From Eledone cirrhosa (lineage: Eukaryota), in NCBI GenBank assembly GCA_964016885.1, contig OZ024741.1:84568001-84632000 (forward strand): DNA of 64,000 nucleotides. Reading direction: 5' to 3'. Positions 59,167-64,000 of this stretch are shown in pieces (position 1 is the first letter of the stretch; each line of letters starts with the position of its first letter). The notes beneath the pieces were generated by a model. The model did no database searches and had not been told where the DNA came from. It saw only the letters and a list, made by a program, of their open reading frames with translations. The translations under genes were made by a program, and so were the position numbers.

Positions 59167-62100
59167 AATGGCGACCGTTGTGGTCAGTGTCCGATAATCG
59201 GACGTGTGTAATTCCGGCTTACATGAAGGCAACATACCATATATTGGAAAAAGTTGAGCTACATTACGCGGTAAGATTACATACAATAATTCTACATAAG
59301 TATTTGAACTGTTAGTGTGTTGTAAAATACCTATTTATATGAACGATACATACACTTATGATATATGAACGATACATATACTTTAACATATAAATGCAAC
59401 GTTGTTATATTACATTTATAAAGAAATATACAAGTAACGTTTTTGATTCAGAAACAAAAACATAAGTGTTTGAACTGTGAATATGTTGTGAATAAGTTGT
59501 AGAACACCTGTTTATATGAATGATACATAAACTTTAGCATATAAATACAGCGTTGTTATATTATATTACATTCATAAAGGAATATACTAAGTAACGGTTC
59601 TTTTTGTTCTCGATTCAAACGATTCAAGAACAACGTTTAAAACACAGTTGTAGAATTAAAAACTAACTGAAAAGAAATATTACCCAAGCTGTGAATAACT
59701 TTAAATTTGATTCTGACAGAACTTTGTCGAAACTTTTAAAGAAGATCATTGACTATTTTGAAAAATAAATACGAAATATTAGTGAATAGACGAACTCATC
59801 ATGGCAAAAAGTACAAGTTTCCTTCGACCAAATCGCAACTACAACTGTTGTATACAATGGAGCTACGATCTTAACAAAGTATTATATGAAGCATACACAC
59901 AATCTGAACCCCAAAAGTTCGGTTTTATGCAAAGGCTAAAAACTTGATGGAACTCCAAACACCCAGAATTAGACTTTTCTCCAAAGCATTTAAATGAACA
60001 GGCAAAGCGTATCATTAGATGTAAATTGATACATCTAACGGAATTGAGGGATACTACAAATACAGCCCTTGTAGACAACCACCCCACCTCCACTGACAGA
60101 CAAAGAGAATGGCCAGCTAAATCTAACAGTGAACAGCTCACCAACAATTTTGCTGAAATCCATCCCACTTCTACTGAACAACAGCGAGAAAGGTCAGCTA
60201 ACTCTAGTAGTAATTGTCACCACATCAACAACGAGGCTGAAATTCATGACTCTACCGAACAAACAGAGCACCAAAAACTTGTGGACACCCTACAAGTGAT
60301 ATGGAACGATATGTTTCAAGAGATACACAGCCTTAATGTGAGTGACAGACCATACAACACCAGAATCAGTAAAGAACCCACTAAATTGGAATTGGAAGCG
60401 GTGAACGAAATAGCTGGCAATTATCTGAAGGCTATACGATCTAAAGGTGTAGAAACGACATTTGAAACGCTTAATGTTTTGTTATATGTTTCAGCTGTCA
60501 CATTGCTATCATATAACACACATCTAAAACCACGCAATCAAGATACAAACAGAAAGCCTGAACCAGCGTGGATGCGAAATTTAAAAACCAAAATTTTGTC
60601 CCTGAGACGAAGTATCTCACACATCGCAGTCGTTATGAAATGCAACATAGAGAGCAACTTCACACGACACCAGGAAGACCTAAAAAAAAGTTAGAGAGAC
60701 GATTTGGAGATACAAAATTTAAAACTTTGAACTCCAAATTACACCAGTTGAAACAACAACTCACAGCTACAACAGAAAGACTAAAGTATAAGTCAACAGC
60801 ACATAAACGACAAGTGCTAAATAGATTGTTTGCCAGAGATCCTAAATCAGTTTATTGCAGCTTCGGTGGCACAAGCTCAATCCCTGTAAACGACACCCCT
60901 TCAAAAGAACAGGTTGAGAGCTAATGGAGATCTGTATGGGAAACGGATGACGGATTCAACAGACAAGCTAATTGGCTAAAAGAACTGGAACAGGACTACT
61001 GCCAACATGTCCAGATAAAACAATATGACATAGATGGGTCAATACTGGAAACAGCTCTACAGAACATGTCGAATAGGAAATCGCCAGGCCCTGACCTCAT
61101 TACAGGATACTGGTTGAAGAATTTCAGTTTCTATCAGCAAGATCTCATACGGCTGTTTACAGAAACCATTAAAGGCACACAAGAACTGCCCAGATGGATA
61201 TCAACTGCCACTACTCTCCCCATTCCCCAAAATAGCCAAACCACCCTTGCTAAAAATGACCACCCAATAGCCTGCCAAAACATCATGTATAAATTATATA
61301 CTGGGTGCCTTAACCTGTTCTTACAGGATCACTGTGCTACCAACAACATCATAACACCTGAGCAAGCTGGTGGAAAGAGGGAGGTGTGGGGTTGCATAGA
61401 TCACCTACTAACTAACAAAATGATTCAGGAAAAAACAACAAAGAATCGCAGAAACATGACTGTGGTGTGGCTGGACTATCAAAAAGCATTTGATAGTGTA
61501 CCTCATGGGTGGATTATTAATGCTTTACAGTTAGCTAAAGTCCCACAACCATTGGTAGTTGCTGTTGAACGCCTAACCAAGAACTGGTACACCAATTTGA
61601 TCCTTAGAGGTAAGAAGGAGCAAGTTAAGACTGATAAGATACATTACCAGAAGGGCATCTTTCAGGGTGATAGCTTGTCAGCGCTACTCTTCGTTCTCTC
61701 ACTGAATCCACTATCTTACCTACTCAGGAAACAAGGTGGACAAAGAAGTGGGCCCAGAAGTATCTCCCATCTTTTCTTTGTTGATGACCTGAAGCTGTAT
61801 GGGCCAAATATCAATGACATTTAAGAAACAATTGGACCTCATTACACAATTTTCAACCGACATCAAAATGAAATTTGGTGAGTCCAAGTGTGCATATTTG
61901 GCAGTAAAACATGGAAGAGCTGTGCCCTCCTCTAGAAATCTAGAGATGAACGGCCTGATAATACAACCTCTGCAGTCAGGTGACAACTACAGATATCTTG
62001 GACAGGATGAGAATGTCAGATATGATGGACCCATAAATAAGGAGAGAACCAGAACTGAATACCTCAGAAGAGTAAAGAAAATATGGTCATCAGAACTGTC

Positions 62101-63370
62101 AGCATACAACAAATACATTGCCCACAATACTTATGCTGTGCCAATTCTAACGCCAACATTTGGCCTGCTGAACTGGTCATTGCAAGAACTAAGTGAGATG
62201 GATGTTAGAACTCGAAAACTTCTCAGTGTTACTGGGAAATTTAACATCAATGATGATGTGGATAGGCTATACTTCTCACGCAAGGAAGGTGGCCGGGGTC
62301 TAAAATCAATATTAACAACATATGAGACCCGGATAGTAACACTGAAGCAACACATTCAACAGAGGAAAAAGGTTGGCAACCATCTTGCCCAGGTTTATGA
62401 GCATGAACAAAAAAATATCATTAGAATAGCGACTGATCTGGAGGAGAGATATGGAATAAAGCCTGATATAAATCTCTCACCCAGAGAAATCGGAAGATCC
62501 TATTCAATGTTCAAACAAGATAAAAAAAAATGGCCAATTTACAGAAAAAGTTGTGCATGGATACTTGAGGCGTAAAACACAGACCATAGAGGGGATAAAC
62601 CACTCAAAAAGCCTGGCATGGAGTTCCGACAAGTTTATGACATAACACCTTGAGGGATATCTCTATGCAATACAGAAACAAGAACTCGCTACCAAATATC
62701 TGCTGCACAAAAGAGGAGGGCCAGCAGCTGACAATAAATGAAGGCTATGTAAAACAATCATTGTTGCCAGCTGCGAAAGAATGTCATCTCGCTACTACCT
62801 CCCCATGAGACACGATGGGATAGCTAGAACCATCTGGAACGCACTTCGGAAAACAAAATTAACAACAAACGAGGAGGAATATATTGAGACGGATGGCACT
62901 AAGGAATACTGCTGGAACCTGAAAATAAAAACTGCCAGCAAATTAAAGCACAACCGGCCTGATGTTGTTGTTTGGGACCACACATTGAAAACCTGTTCTG
63001 TTGTGGAGATCAGCTGCCCACTTGATGTAAACGTTGTCAGAAAAATACAGGAGAAGGAGGACATCTACGGACCATTGATAAGGATTTTACAAATCCAGTA
63101 TCCAAGATACACCTTTAGCTTCATACCCATCATTATTGGAGCTACAGGTTATATACCAACCCGCTTCGACCAAAGTATGACTGAACTTGGATTTGCAGAC
63201 AAAAACGCAGCTCCCTAATTCATAGTCTACAAATGGCTGCGACAGCTGCCACCTTCAAAATTTGCAAAACATTCTTGCGATTCAAGGGATGACACTTTCT
63301 TTTCTTTTACAACCTTGCCACCAGGAAGGTGGCCGGTCAAAAAAATATACTCGAAATTAAGAGAAAGAGA
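59167..63370 (+). mobile_element. Near full-length R4/Dong-like non-LTR retrotransposon, family A; single ORF about 59801-63290 with many lesions
   Basis: KSPGPD, EQAGGK, WLDYQKAFDSVPH, GIFQGDSLS, FFVDDLKLY, R.EGGRGL, RHD, HNRPD..VVEISCP; (CATA)n on both sides. Confidence 0.92.
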
Positions 63371-63413
63371 TACATACATACATACATACATACATACATA
63401 CATACATACATAC

Positions 63414-64000
63414 ATGGTGGCTGCCAACTCGTTTTCGAGTATGGCCACTACTTTATATCCATGTAGGAGAACTCCTACCGATGCGCTGAACGAGTGTGAC
63501 TTTTTACTCCAGCCAGCGACTTGAAAACTCAGGTACAACACTACACCTGTGACAATTATTGACACATAGTGCTGGGCCCATGGTACCATGTGACGACAAG
63601 TGCAGAGAGATCTCCAGATATAAAGCAATGTCTGTGCCGTGAAGCTTTTATAGTGAGCAAAGGCACTGCACAAAGCCAGTCCCACTCTCTTAACCAAAAA
63701 GAAGAACAAGTCAACATCATTGGATACCATCAGGGTTGCAGGTGTTATATCAGAGTTTTCCTTCTCCTAGAATTCTGCCTTGACAAAGGCTAAGGGGTCA
63801 TCTCTCCCGGTGATTTTGGATGGCCATTGACTCTTAAGAGCGCCTTTGCCCTTTGACAGGTTTTGTTTTTAGTCCTGCAGGATGTCCAAAGTCACCCTCC
63901 TCACCAAGAAACCTTGGTGGGGTTGCCAGTTTAGTCGCCAACGTCCCGACCATGAGACAGGTTGTACTGGGATACATGTTACCAGTAGCACCAACTGGTG
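63414..64000 (-). mobile_element. RTE-derived SINE-like element, copy 3, runs off the window
   Basis: RTE 3' end fused to RTE 5'-UTR-like sequence with no RT between; (ATGT)n tail. Confidence 0.75.

Overview
AT-rich, microsatellite-dense animal genomic DNA made almost entirely of mobile elements, with no confidently callable host gene. The tRNA-derived SINE family and repeat landscape suggest an octopus or other coleoid cephalopod (inference). The window holds six Penelope-like retroelements (PLEs; RT plus C-terminal GIY-YIG endonuclease). Five resemble the Hydra clade, one of them with an intact 737-aa ORF and a tandem-plus-inverted pLTR layout, and one is a decayed Neptune-clade copy. It also holds about six ORF-less fold-back mini-elements of 0.3-0.8 kb, several with hammerhead ribozyme (HHR) motifs; R4/Dong-like LINEs and RTE-derived SINEs stacked in (CATA)n; a Chapaev3-like DNA transposon; an RNase H-bearing LINE relic; Helitron-like fragments and many SINEs. 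The most notable signal is a shared layout across otherwise unalignable PLEs and mini-elements: microsatellite, inverted arm, arm with HHR, then a short unique tail. The tail opens with a covarying bulged stem-loop (CTC-stem-loop-stem'-TN-GAG) 2-6 nt past the point where the inverted arm stops, a candidate RT-recruitment or internal-initiation signal. All alignments and folds were done by eye and need computational confirmation.
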